From an uncultured Holophagales bacterium (GTDB lineage Bacteria; Acidobacteriota; Thermoanaerobaculia; Multivoradales; UBA5704): a stretch of 64,000 bases of DNA. Position numbers and translations under genes: made by a program. Positions within the stretch are counted from its first letter, which is position 1. Every line of letters begins with the position of its first letter. A model generated the notes under the pieces. It made no database searches, had not been told where the DNA came from, and saw only the letters and a list, made by a program, of their open reading frames with translations. Location: assembly GCA_963842525.1 (NCBI GenBank), contig CAWJGT010000034.1:640001-704000 (forward strand), written 5' to 3'. This document shows positions 32,358 to 42,300 of this stretch, in pieces.

Positions 32358-34358
32358 CACGAGCTCGGCAAACTCGGGCGGCGTCACCGGGTCCCACTCG
32401 CCCGAGATCAGAAGGACGGGGACGTCCGAGCGGACCAACTCGTGCACATCCGCCGGCACCGCGCCCCGGGGCCAGACCTCGCAGACCGCCTTCTGCGAGG
32501 CGACCCGGTAGTCGCCGAGGAGCGTCCCCGCCGTCTCCCGCCGGGTCATCTCGTCCGTGATGAACGGCAGGTCCTCGGCGCAGGTCACCGAGAAATTCAG
32601 TCCCATGTCGAGGGCGTTGTCGAGGTCCAGCCGGCGCTCGATCGACATCTGGACGATCGGTGTGAGGTCGCCCTGGAACGCACGGTGGATCTGGAGCGGG
32701 AGGGAGCCCCCTCCCTGGCCGTACATGAGGAAGCGAATGCCCTCGGCCACCAGCCCGCGGGACGGCCGGACCTGGATCCGCTCGCCGGTCCGCGTGTCCG
32801 TCACCGGGACCGGCTCCCCCTTCTCCGCCCGCACGAGCACGGCATCGAGCTCACGGCGCACGTCGGGGAAGGCAGCATTGCATGCCGCATCGGCCCGGCA
32901 CTCGGCCAGGAGCGCCTCGATCGCCCGCTTGCCAGCGTAGGCGTGGGGTAGCGGGATGAGCTTGGAGACCGGCGCTACGGCCACGATCACCACGCTCCGC
33001 ACGGTCTGCGGGTGGCGGCGCAGGTAGACCTGGGCCATTCGCGTGCCGTACGAGCCGCCCCACAGGTTGATCTTGTCGTAGCCGAGCCAGGCGCGGACCT
33101 CGTCGAAGTCGTCGGCGGCGAGCGCCGTGGTGTAGAGGCCCAGGTCGGCCACCTTCTCCAGCCGCGCACGGCACTTCTTCACCTCGTCCACAGGGAACAC
33201 GTCCCCGCCGGCCTTTTGGTAGTCGAGCGGCTCGCCATAGAGCTGGCAGTCGAGCGGGTTCGAGCGGCCGGTGCCCCGCTGGTCGATCAGCACGATGTCC
33301 CGCGTCTGCCGCAAGGGCGCTTCCCGGTCAAAGCCGGGAGCGATCGAAGTGATCCCTTCGCCCGGGCCGCCGCCAAAGAAGATGATGGGATCCGCCACCC
33401 GCTCCTTGCCCGCCGCGGGCAGGACGACGACGTTCAATCCGATCTTGCGCCCCTTCTTCCCCTCGCGGTCTTCCCAAACGGCGTAGGTGGCGCACCGGAC
33501 CTCCTCGTCCAGACCGGGCACGCGGCAGGGGTGGGAGGCCACGGTCTTCGCTTCGACCGGCCCGTCATCGGGAGCGGTGCCGGGAGCGGTGCCGAGCCGC
33601 GCCGTCCGGAGCTTCTCCCAGCCGGCCCGGTCGGACGCCTCGACGCCTTCCAGGCGGAGAGCGAATTTCCGCGCCTCCCCTTCTCCGGACTCATTCGGCC
33701 GCGTGAGCTCCAATTCCCGGAGGTCCCCTTCCGGGCCGATCCATACGAAGCCCGCCTCGTCCTGGCCGCGGGCGATCCTGTACTTGCGGGAGCGCGTGCC
33801 GCTCCGGTCCTCCTCGCCGACAAAGGAGATGGTGAAGGGCCCGTCGAAGCGCACCGGCGCCTGGCCCGGCGCGAAGATCGGCGTCGCGAGGCTTACCTCG
33901 AAGCTCTCTTTGGAATCGGCCCTCTGCCGGAAGACCGGGGCGAGCGCCGGGAAGGACTGGTAGAACGTCCAGGGGCCAGGAGGCCGCGCGACCGTCTCGG
34001 CCGGGCGCCCCGTGGGGAAGAACTCCACGCGAGCCTGCTCCGGCCCGGTCGCCTCGACCCGCACGACCAAGGTCTTCTCCCGGGCATTCACCTCCCACAC
34101 GTCGCTGACCTTGGAGCTCGTCCCGTCCAGAGTCTGCACGTTCAGGGTCGCATTCCGGCTCCCCTGGTCCAGGCTGAATTGCTCGATCCGATCCTTCTCG
34201 AAATAGACCCAGACATCCGCGACCTGGGAGCCATCCGCTCCGCTGTGGACGTAGTGGTAGATCTTCCCCGTTTGAGCCAGGGCCGCCGCCGTGGGGATGG
34301 CCGTGGCCAGGAGCGTCAGCAGGGCGGCGTTGAGGAACTTCGGGGTGATTCTTCGCAT
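32187..34358 (-). CDS. Secreted alpha/beta hydrolase (TAP-like, peptidase S33) with an extra N-terminal domain
   Basis: Signal peptide MRRITPK...AAALA, GGGPG, DQRGTGRS, nucleophile GGSYG, DPVTP and SHG. RBS GGAGGAG. Confidence 0.87.
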   Translation of the reverse strand: MRRITPKFLNAALLTLLATAIPTAAALAQTGKIYHYVHSGADGSQVADVWVYFEKDRIEQFSLDQGSRNATLNVQTLDGTSSKVSDVWEVNAREKTLVVRVEATGPEQARVEFFPTGRPAETVARPPGPWTFYQSFPALAPVFRQRADSKESFEVSLATPIFAPGQAPVRFDGPFTISFVGEEDRSGTRSRKYRIARGQDEAGFVWIGPEGDLRELELTRPNESGEGEARKFALRLEGVEASDRAGWEKLRTARLGTAPGTAPDDGPVEAKTVASHPCRVPGLDEEVRCATYAVWEDREGKKGRKIGLNVVVLPAAGKERVADPIIFFGGGPGEGITSIAPGFDREAPLRQTRDIVLIDQRGTGRSNPLDCQLYGEPLDYQKAGGDVFPVDEVKKCRARLEKVADLGLYTTALAADDFDEVRAWLGYDKINLWGGSYGTRMAQVYLRRHPQTVRSVVIVAVAPVSKLIPLPHAYAGKRAIEALLAECRADAACNAAFPDVRRELDAVLVRAEKGEPVPVTDTRTGERIQVRPSRGLVAEGIRFLMYGQGGGSLPLQIHRAFQGDLTPIVQMSIERRLDLDNALDMGLNFSVTCAEDLPFITDEMTRRETAGTLLGDYRVASQKAVCEVWPRGAVPADVHELVRSDVPVLLISGEWDPVTPPEFAELVAKTLPNSLHVVVPKGSHGGAGRCTEELIQKFYDRASVQGLDPSCVKEYPKPVFMLK

Positions 34359-34387
34359 CGGGCAGGCTCCTCCATAGTGGGTCTTAC

Positions 34388-34417
34388 TACTACGAAGGTA
34401 GTTATCGTTGGGTTGCA
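34388..34417 (-). promoter_or_regulatory. Possible ECF-sigma promoter for the hydrolase
   Basis: Minus strand reads TGCAAC-17 nt-CGTA about 30 nt upstream of the ATG. Confidence 0.3.
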
Positions 34418-34780
34418 CGGAACGGAAGGTGCTCGACGTTGGTCTTGTCGCCCGATCTTTGGCAATCCCACCCCAGCGTCGGCCCCGCCTCAGCCTGCCG
34501 CTCAAAAAGCTAACTCCTTGAATGGTCGCAACTTGGGTCACTTCGCCAAGTCTCCCCCGGCACTGGCACCTTCCTCAGCCGTCGACTTTGTACCGATCAT
34601 CGGTACAAATCCCTTCACCGCTCGCGCTGTCTATCTCTCATGGTTTGTGTGACTTACGCCCAGGGATGAGTCTCCTGCCGATTTGGGGTCTTGCGCTCAT
34701 GGCGTCAACCTGCTCGCAGAAGAGCCGGTGCTTGGGCGTCAATTTCGGCGCTCAAGCGCAAGGCTCAAAGGAGAACGAGC

Positions 34781-35152
34781 ATGGCTCGAGAGACGACGAA
34801 CGTGGGGAAGCTGGGCGGCCTACAGAGGTTCCGCGACGCCCTGAGCACCAACCGCGAGATTCTGCCGCACCTCGAGGGCAGCCGCACCCAGTACGATACG
34901 ATGGTGATCAGGGCTCTGGAGTTGGCGAACCGTCAGGGGGTCTTGACGGCAGAGAAGCAGGAGACCTCGAAGCAACTCAGGGAGACACTGGACGAGGCGG
35001 AGCGCTTGGCCACCGTGCTGCGCCTGGCAGTGAAGCAGCATTTCGGCATCCGCGCCGAGAAGCTGGCCGAGTTCAACCTCCAGCCGTTCCGCGGCCGTAA
35101 AAAGCCCGCCTCCCTTCCCATCCCTCCGCCTGAGTCAGAGCCCACCCCGTAG
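34781..35152 (+). CDS. Hypothetical helical/coiled-coil protein (123 aa)
   Basis: RBS AAGGAG, then MARETTNVGKLGGL...FGIRAEKLAEFNLQPFRGRKK with a Pro-rich tail. Good high-GC codon pattern. Confidence 0.75.
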   Translation: MARETTNVGKLGGLQRFRDALSTNREILPHLEGSRTQYDTMVIRALELANRQGVLTAEKQETSKQLRETLDEAERLATVLRLAVKQHFGIRAEKLAEFNLQPFRGRKKPASLPIPPPESEPTP

Positions 35153-35163
35153 TCCCCCCCGGC

Positions 35164-35198
35164 CCGGAGGCGTGCCCGTGCGCGTCTCCGGCCTTTTC
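35164..35198 (+). terminator. Probable intrinsic terminator
   Basis: Stem CCGGAGGCGTGC/GCGCGTCTCCGG with loop CCGT, followed by CCTTTTC, just after the stop at 35152. Confidence 0.55.
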
Positions 35199-35257
35199 TC
35201 CCGCCGTCCCGCCGCCCCAAGCTTCTCGGACTCGACGGAGCGCCTCCAACGTCGCAC

Positions 35258-35704
35258 TGCAAGCTTCTCTGGCCCGTCACAAGCTTCTCTGCGCCATTGC
35301 AAGCTTCCCTGGCCCGACGGAAGCTTCCAACGGCTCGTGGCAAGCTTCCCTCGACCACTGCAAGCTTCTCTGGCGGGCCGCAAGCTTCCCTGGCCCGTCG
35401 CACGCTTCTCTGCGCCATCGCAAGCTTCCCTGGGCCGTTTGAAGCTTGCAACGGCTCATGGCAAGCTTCCCTGGATCATTGCAAGCTTCTCTGGCTCGTC
35501 ACAAGCTTCGCTATGCCCTGGCAAGCTTCCCTGCGCCGCCTGAAGCTTGCAACGGCTCATGGCAAGCTTCCCTGGACCACTGCAACCTTCCCTGGCCCGT
35601 CACAAGCTTCTCTGCGTCATTGTAGGCTTCCGTGGCCCGACGGAAGCTTCTCTGGTCCGAGGGAAGCTTCCCTACGCCGTCGCAAGCTTCTCTGGCCCGA
35701 GCTT
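35258..35704. repeat. Degenerate tandem array, about 22 units of 20(-21) bp with conserved core AAGCTT(C)
   Basis: Core starts at 35261, 35281, 35301, 35321, 35342, 35362, 35382, 35402*, 35422, 35442, 35463, 35483, 35503, 35523, 35543, 35564, 35584*, 35604, 35624*, 35644, 35664, 35684 (* one mismatch), plus an outlier at 35219. Confidence 0.9.
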
Positions 35705-35719
35705 ACTCATGACCACCGC

Positions 35720-36185
35720 GGGCGAGGCAGGCCTCCTGCAGGCGCTCGTAAAGCCGCGGCTCGATATTGCAGGAATCCGCCGCGAAGAGCAGCGAGCGCT
35801 GGCCGAGCCGGCAGACATAGGCGAGCTTGCTCCGGATGTCGAGATCCGCGTGCTCACCGAGGAAGGGGAGCCCCGTGATCTCCGCGCCCGCCAGTTGCAC
35901 GGTCTCCATCTCGGACATCTTGTAGACGTTCGTGAAGCCGATCTGCCGGAGCAGCAGCTTGAGAGAAGGGTCCTGCAGCTCTCCGCTCTGGCTGATCAGC
36001 GACAGCATCAGGCTCTGTGCCGAGGGCTCGTAGTAGGGGCTGCGATAGAGGAGCGGCTCGATGAGCCCGAACGAAGGCTGATTGTTGAGGTCGTAGACGA
36101 GCTCCACATAACCGCGCAGCCGTTCCGGGACGCGGGAATACAGAGGTTCCACGAGTAGCCCTTGGCCTCCTGGATGTCACGCATC
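35720..36185 (-). pseudogene. Internally deleted remnant of a CmlA-like MBL-fold diiron beta-hydroxylase
   Basis: EAKGYS/EPLY..VPERLRGYVELVYDLNNQPSF..IEPLLYRS is joined directly to LQDPSLKL...LPFLGEHADL...AADS.NIEP.LY. The central metal-binding segment and both termini are absent. Family recognised from memory. Confidence 0.65.
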
Positions 36186-36318
36186 CCGTGACCTCGCACA
36201 CCATTAGACTTGTAAGAGGCCTCATGGTCACCGACCTCCCAGTTGTCGAGGCTCTGGTCAGGCATGATGCTGCGCGACCGATGGAAACGCGATTCCAATC
36301 CTCCGCGAGGGAGCTGCC

Positions 36319-37308
36319 ATGGACCTGAGCGTTCTGTTGTCGACCCGTGACCGTGCGCCGCTGCTGGCGGGCGTGCTGGAGCACCTCTACCGCCAGGAGG
36401 GACTCGACGGTGTCCGCTGGGAGGTGCTGGTCGTGGACAACGGCAGCACCGACGGGACGCCGGACGTCCTGGCGCGGTTCGCAGAGCGCCTGCCGCTCGT
36501 CGCGCTGCGCGAGCCCAAGGCCGGCAAGTCCCTCGCCCTGAACCGCGCCCTGGAGAGCGTCCGCGGCGAGCTGCTGGTCTTCACCGACGACGATGTGAAA
36601 CCGGTGCCCCGCTGGCTCGCCGAGTACCTGGCGGCGTCTCGCCGCTGGCCCGACCATGTCCTCTTCGGCGGCCCCATCCTCCCCCTCTATCCGCCCGAGA
36701 TGCCGGGCTGGATGAGGAAGCTGGCGGATAACCGGCCCAACTATGCCGCGCCTGCCTTCGGCCATTTCCTGCTGGACCAGGAGGAGGGGCGGATGAAAGA
36801 GCTGCCATTCGGCGGCAACTGGGCCGTACGGGCACAGGCCATGTCAGGGGTACGCTTCCGCGTAGACATCGGACCGGAGGGGGTCGTGGGAGAGGACACC
36901 GACATCCTGCTGCGGCTGAGCCGCGACCAGTGGGCGCCGATCTACGTGCCCGCGGCCGGGCTGGGGCACGTGATCCGCGCCGATCAGGTCCAGGTGCCGG
37001 CGCTTCTGGGGCGAGCCTATCGCCTCGGCCGCGGTAACCTGCTCGTCTTCTCAGAGACGTTGGGCCTGCCGCTGGAGTCGATCTGGAAGCACCGGCTGCA
37101 ACTGCTGCTCGCCAAGGCGCTCTATCTCTTCGCCTCGCTGCGCGGACCGGCCGCGCGCCTGATTGTCGGGGCGGAGGTCGAGTACCTGCGCGGTTACCTC
37201 TTCGAACGCCGCCGGCTCGTCGCCCGGCGGGCGGCGGCCTCTCGGCCGGCGCCCGCGACCGACGAGACGGAAGCGCCTCGCGGCCCTGCAGGCGCGGCAT
37301 CGAGTTGA
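36319..37308 (+). CDS. Glycosyltransferase family 2
   Basis: LSVLLSTRDR, VVDNGSTDGT, GKSLALN, FTDDD (DxD) and GEDTD. Confidence 0.9.
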   Translation: MDLSVLLSTRDRAPLLAGVLEHLYRQEGLDGVRWEVLVVDNGSTDGTPDVLARFAERLPLVALREPKAGKSLALNRALESVRGELLVFTDDDVKPVPRWLAEYLAASRRWPDHVLFGGPILPLYPPEMPGWMRKLADNRPNYAAPAFGHFLLDQEEGRMKELPFGGNWAVRAQAMSGVRFRVDIGPEGVVGEDTDILLRLSRDQWAPIYVPAAGLGHVIRADQVQVPALLGRAYRLGRGNLLVFSETLGLPLESIWKHRLQLLLAKALYLFASLRGPAARLIVGAEVEYLRGYLFERRRLVARRAAASRPAPATDETEAPRGPAGAASS

Positions 37309-37315
37309 GAGCCTC

Positions 37316-38281
37316 ATGGATCTGAGCGTTCTGCTGTCGACGCACAACCGCGCGGCGCTGCTGGCGGGGACGCTCGAGCACCTCTGTCGCCAGGAGGGTC
37401 TCGACGGGGTCCGCTGGGAGGTGCTGGCCGTCGACAACGGCAGCACCGACGAGACGCCGGACGTCCTGGCGCGGTTCGCAGAGCGCCTGCCGCTCGTCGC
37501 GCTGCGGGAGCCCAAGCCCGGCAAGTGCCTCGCTCTGAATCGCGCGCTGGAGATCGCCCGCGGCGAGCTGCTGGTGTTCACCGACGACGACGTGGAGCCG
37601 GAGCCCCATTGGCTGGCCAATTTCCTGGCTGCGTACCGCCGCTGGCCCGATCACGCGGTCTTCGGCGGTACCATCATCCCCCGCTATCCTCCCGAGATGC
37701 CGGGCTGGATGAGAAAGCTGGCAGACGAGCAGCCCGCCTACGCCTCCCCCGCCTTCGCCCGTTTCGTCCTGGAGCAGGCGGAGGGACCGATGGACGCCCC
37801 GCCGTTCGGCCCCAACTTCGCCGTCCGGGCGCAGGCCATGGCGGGGCAACGCTTCCGCCTGGACATCGGGCCGGAGGGGGCCGAATACTCTATGGGAGAG
37901 GACACCGACATCCTGCTGCGGCTGACCCGGGGCAAGTCACCCCCGGTGTATGTGCCGTCGGCAGTGGTGGGGCACGTGGTCCGCGCCGACCAGGTCCAGG
38001 TACCGGCGCTCTTGTGGCGGTCCTATTGTCACGGCCGCGGCACCCTGCGCATCTTTACCGACACATTGGGCCTGCCGCTGCCGTCGCTGTGGGGAAACCG
38101 GCTGCAACTGCTGCTCGCCAGGGTCCTCTATCCCTTCGCCTGGCTGCGCGGCCCGGCCGCGCGCCTGCTGGCCGGGGCGGAGATCCAGTACATGCGCGGC
38201 CTCCTCTTCGAACATCACCGCGTCGCCGCCCGGCGAGCGGCCGCCGAGCGAGCTCAGCCCGGCCCAGGGAACCGCGCGTAA
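37316..38281 (+). CDS. Glycosyltransferase family 2 (tandem paralogue)
   Basis: MDLSVLLSTHNR, VDNGSTD, FTDDD and GEDTD. Colinear with and highly similar to 36319-37308. Confidence 0.9.
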   Translation: MDLSVLLSTHNRAALLAGTLEHLCRQEGLDGVRWEVLAVDNGSTDETPDVLARFAERLPLVALREPKPGKCLALNRALEIARGELLVFTDDDVEPEPHWLANFLAAYRRWPDHAVFGGTIIPRYPPEMPGWMRKLADEQPAYASPAFARFVLEQAEGPMDAPPFGPNFAVRAQAMAGQRFRLDIGPEGAEYSMGEDTDILLRLTRGKSPPVYVPSAVVGHVVRADQVQVPALLWRSYCHGRGTLRIFTDTLGLPLPSLWGNRLQLLLARVLYPFAWLRGPAARLLAGAEIQYMRGLLFEHHRVAARRAAAERAQPGPGNRA

Positions 38282-38386
38282 GCCGGTCCCTGAGCCGCGC
38301 CGGGCTGGAGTTCGGTGAGAGGGGAACAGGGGGGACAATTTGGGGACCGTTGAGGTCCCTACGGCACGGCGTTTCTTCACAGGCTC

Positions 38387-39358
38387 TCAGGCGTCCGTCA
38401 TCGATACCAGGATTTTCCTTGGGCCTTTGAACGGCATACGCCCATGGCAGACCAGCATGTTGTCAACCATCAGGAGGTCACCCTGCTGCCAAGAGAAGAG
38501 ACGGATCTCGCTCTTGGTCGTCTCTCGGACCTCGTCGAGCATCCAGTCCTCGATGGCGTTGTCGTCACCGAACACCGCGTTCTGCGGCATCTGGGTCTCT
38601 CTGCTTTTGTAGAGGGCCTTGAGGGATTGGTAGACCTCGGGCGGATGCGTCGACGGATGGAACTGGTCCGCCTGGTTGAACCACACGGCCTCTCCCGTCT
38701 TGGGGTGCGTCGCCGCCGCCGGCCGGACATGCCACAGCCGGACCCCGCCGTCGGGCTTCCATTCGAGCTGGATGCCCGAGCTCTTGCAGTACTCCTCGAG
38801 GACCGTGCGGTCCTGAGTCTCGAATGTCTTTTGCCAAGAGGGGCCGTAGCCGCGACCCCCATGTAGGTTACGGATGTACTTGACACCTTTCCGGGTGAAC
38901 ACGTCGACCAGCTCGGGACTCATGTTTCTGAGGATCGTCCGGCTGTCGGCCAGTGGCGTTTCTCCCCCCTCCCCGGGCGCGGTGACGCAGCAGAAAAAGA
39001 GCCGCGCGGGCCAGCGCTCCGAATAGGAGAGCTCATTGTGCATCGAGATGAAGAACTCAGGCGGGTATTCCGTGGAGGTGTACACACCGGAAGTGAGCTT
39101 CGTGCGTGGCGAATTGCCATCCACATAGTCGAGCATGCGCCCGGGGAGCGACCTGACCGTCTGCTGAAAAACCTTCTGTTGGATGATCCCGAAGCCCCGG
39201 AACAGGATAGCTCCGTGCTCGAGGAGCTTGCTTTCGATCAGATCGAAGTTTTCCTGATAGTAGCGCAACAACGCTTCCGGACCAGCGCCATCGTCCCGCA
39301 GCGCCTCCACGACGAGCGGCAGCCTCTGCTCCGAAGCGAATAGTTTCATGACACTCAT
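38387..39358 (-). CDS. TauD/TfdA Fe(II)/2-OG dioxygenase, SyrP-like
   Basis: HGAILFRGF, VYTSTEYP, MHNELSY (HxE), WFNQADQFH and DNMLVCHGR. Confidence 0.9.
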   Translation of the reverse strand: MSVMKLFASEQRLPLVVEALRDDGAGPEALLRYYQENFDLIESKLLEHGAILFRGFGIIQQKVFQQTVRSLPGRMLDYVDGNSPRTKLTSGVYTSTEYPPEFFISMHNELSYSERWPARLFFCCVTAPGEGGETPLADSRTILRNMSPELVDVFTRKGVKYIRNLHGGRGYGPSWQKTFETQDRTVLEEYCKSSGIQLEWKPDGGVRLWHVRPAAATHPKTGEAVWFNQADQFHPSTHPPEVYQSLKALYKSRETQMPQNAVFGDDNAIEDWMLDEVRETTKSEIRLFSWQQGDLLMVDNMLVCHGRMPFKGPRKILVSMTDA

Positions 39359-39370
39359 GTTTACCTCCTG

Positions 39371-42300
39371 TCAGTTGTCCTGTTCTTCCTCAGGCTCCCC
39401 TTGGCTGTCCTGGAACGAGGAGGCCGGCGAAGAAACGGCGGTCGTTCCCGTCGCCCGCGCGATGCAGCCCCGGAGGATCTCCGCGAGATCGCGCACATGG
39501 GGCTCGAGGGTCAGGGTCTCGTGGTAACCGGGGAGGTGATAGACCTCGACACCTTCCGAGGCCAGACCGCCCCAGCCGCGGGTCGGATCTTCCGCAGAGA
39601 CCCGCTCCGCGCTCTCCGGATCGAGCTGAAGCGGCCGGAAGAGGACGATCCGGCCGGCGTAGGGGTCGGCTACGTAGCGCTCGACAGCCCGCAGCCTGGT
39701 CTCGAAGCCCGCGAGGAAACGGCCCAGCCAGGAGGCGTCGATCTCTTCCCCGACGACTCCGGCACCCCTCAGCTCCTCCAGGGCTCGCTGGAGCTGTCCT
39801 TCGAGGGGGAGGCCGAGCAGCGCCTCCGCCGTCAACGTCAGCTCCCGCCCCTGCTGACGGGCTTCCTCGCGCACCAGGGTCGAGATGGTCACCGCGCTCT
39901 CGAAGGCCGGGGTGTCCTGCCGGCCAGGCGGCACGGGGGTGTCGATGAGGACCAGGAGCGCCACCTCCTCGCCCTGCCGCACCAATTGTTGGGCCATCTC
40001 GAACGCGATCACCCCGCCGAACGAGGCACCTCCCAGCAGGTATGGCCCCCGTGGCCGCACGTTCCGGGCCGCCGCGAGATAGCTGGCCGCCATCTCCTCG
40101 ATCGAGAGGTGCGGCGCGCTCCCCTGACTCTCGAGCCCCGGGGCCTGCAGGCCGTAGAACGGCTGGTCCGGACCCAGGTACCGGGCCAGGTGGTGATAGC
40201 CCACGACCCCGCCGCCGATCGGATGGACGCAGAAGAACGGCGGCTTCGTTCCCTGCGGCTGGAGGGCCACCAAGGGGGACCAGGCCTGGCCGCCGTCGAT
40301 CTCGTCCAGACGGTGGGCGAGGTGCTCGATGGTCGGCGCCTCGAACAGGACGGCCAGCGGGAGGTCCCGGCCGAGACGGCTCCGGATCATGGCCATCAGC
40401 CGCACGGACAGGAGGGAGTGGCCGCCCAATGCGAAGAAGTCGTCCCGCACCCCGAGCGGCCGGACCTGCAGCAGCTCCTGCCAGAGGGGCACGAGGGCGA
40501 GCTCGGTCGGCGTCCGCGGCGCCGCACGCTCTCGCTGCCGGCCCCTGAAGACGTCGGGCGCGGGCAGCGCGGCCCGGTCCACCTTGCCGCTCGGCAGCAG
40601 CGGCAGCTCCGGCAGGGGCACGATGTGCGAGGGCACCATGTAGTCGGGCAACGATCCGCTCAAGTGAGCGCGCAGCTCCTCGGCCCGGAGCTCTTCCGGT
40701 CGCTCCGGCACCACATAGGCCACGAGCCGGTGATCCCCCGGCACATCCTCCCGGAGCAGCACCACTTTGTCCCGGATCCCGGGATGGCTGCCGATCGCAG
40801 CCTCGACCTCCCCCAGCTCCACGCGGTAGCCCCGGAGCTTCACCTGATGGTCCCGCCTCCCCAGGAACCGCAGCGTGCCGTCCGGCGAGCGTTGTGCCAG
40901 GTCGCCCGTCCGGTACAGGCGGGCCCCCGGCTGGGCCGACCAGGGGTCCGGCTGGAACCGGTCGGCCGTCAGGCGCGGATCGTGGAGGTAGCCGCGCGTC
41001 ACTCCCGTCCCTCCGATGCACGCCTCCCCGGCGGCCCCAATCGGCACCGGCTCGCCATGGCCGTCGAGCAGATATACCCGCGCGCCGGGCAACGGCCGGC
41101 CCAGCGGCGCGTCGGCCGCCGCTGGGGACTGCAGGACGCGATCGCTCGTCGTCTGGAAGACCGTCGTGGTGACCGTCGCTTCGGTCGGGCCGTACGAGCT
41201 CAGGAACCCGACGCCGACCCCGGCTCCTCTCGCCCAGTCCCGCAGCGCCGCGGCGGGCACCGCCTCGCCGCCCGTCAGACAGGCCCGGATCGGGGCCTCC
41301 ACCCCCGTCGCTCTCTTCGCGCCATCCGCCAGCACGTCGAGGACCCACTGGCGCCACAGCGCCGCGGGCAGATCCAGCACCGTCACCCCGGTCTCGGCGC
41401 AGAGGTCCAGGAGCTCCCGCGACGAGAGGCCGCGCGGGTTGCGGTGGAGCACCAGGGTCGCTCCGCTCGCGAGCGTCGGGAAGATCTGTACCGCCGAGGC
41501 ATCGAAGCTGAGCGAGGCAAACTGGAGCATCCGATCGCCGGGACGCAGGTCCAGAACCTGCGCCATCGACCGCGCGAAGCTCGCCAGGCCGCCGTGGGGC
41601 GCCACGACACCCTTGGGGATACCGGTAGAGCCGGAGGTGTAGATCACGTAGGCAGCGCTGCCGGCTGTGCCTCCCCCGCACGATGCTCCACCTGTGGACG
41701 AGCCCACCACCCCCCACTCCGAATCGAGGCACAGCACGCGCACTCCGATCCGCGGCATCGCAGGCCGGAAGCGTTCCTGCGTCAGCACGATGCCGACGCC
41801 GGAGTCCTCCAGCATGAACGCGATCCGGTCTTGCGGGTAGGTCGGATCGAGCGGCACGTAGGCACCTCCGGCCTTGAAGATTCCCAAAAGCCCGACGATC
41901 ATCTCGGGCGACGACTCCAGGGAAAGGCCGACCCGCACCTCCGGCCCGACTCCCAGCGTGCCCAGAAAAGCCGCCAATTGCTCCGCTCTGCGGCTCAGCT
42001 CGCCATAGCTCAGCACCTCTCTTTCAAAGGCCAGAGCCGTGCCGTCCGGGCTGCGTTCCGTCCATCTTTCGAAGAGCTCATGGATCGGATCGGGCCACTC
42101 CGTCGCGAGCGCGGTGTCGTTCCATTCTGCGGTCAGTTGCGCCCGCTCTCCGTCTCCGAGCAGGGGGAGATCCGAGAGCCTCGACTCCGGCTTCATCAGC
42201 AGACCCCGGACCACGGCCTCGAAGTGACCCGCCATCCGCCATGCCGTCGGCGTGTCGAACAGATCACGGTTGTACTCCAGAATCCCAGCCAAGCCGCCTG

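Noticed and set aside
35258-35704. CRISPR array
   Set aside because: The conserved core is only about 7 bp, inter-core segments are 13-14 nt and related to one another, and no cas genes are present.
35172-35878. ORFs with QASL/KLP/ASF repeats
   Set aside because: They are translation artefacts of a 20-bp period cycling through all three frames.
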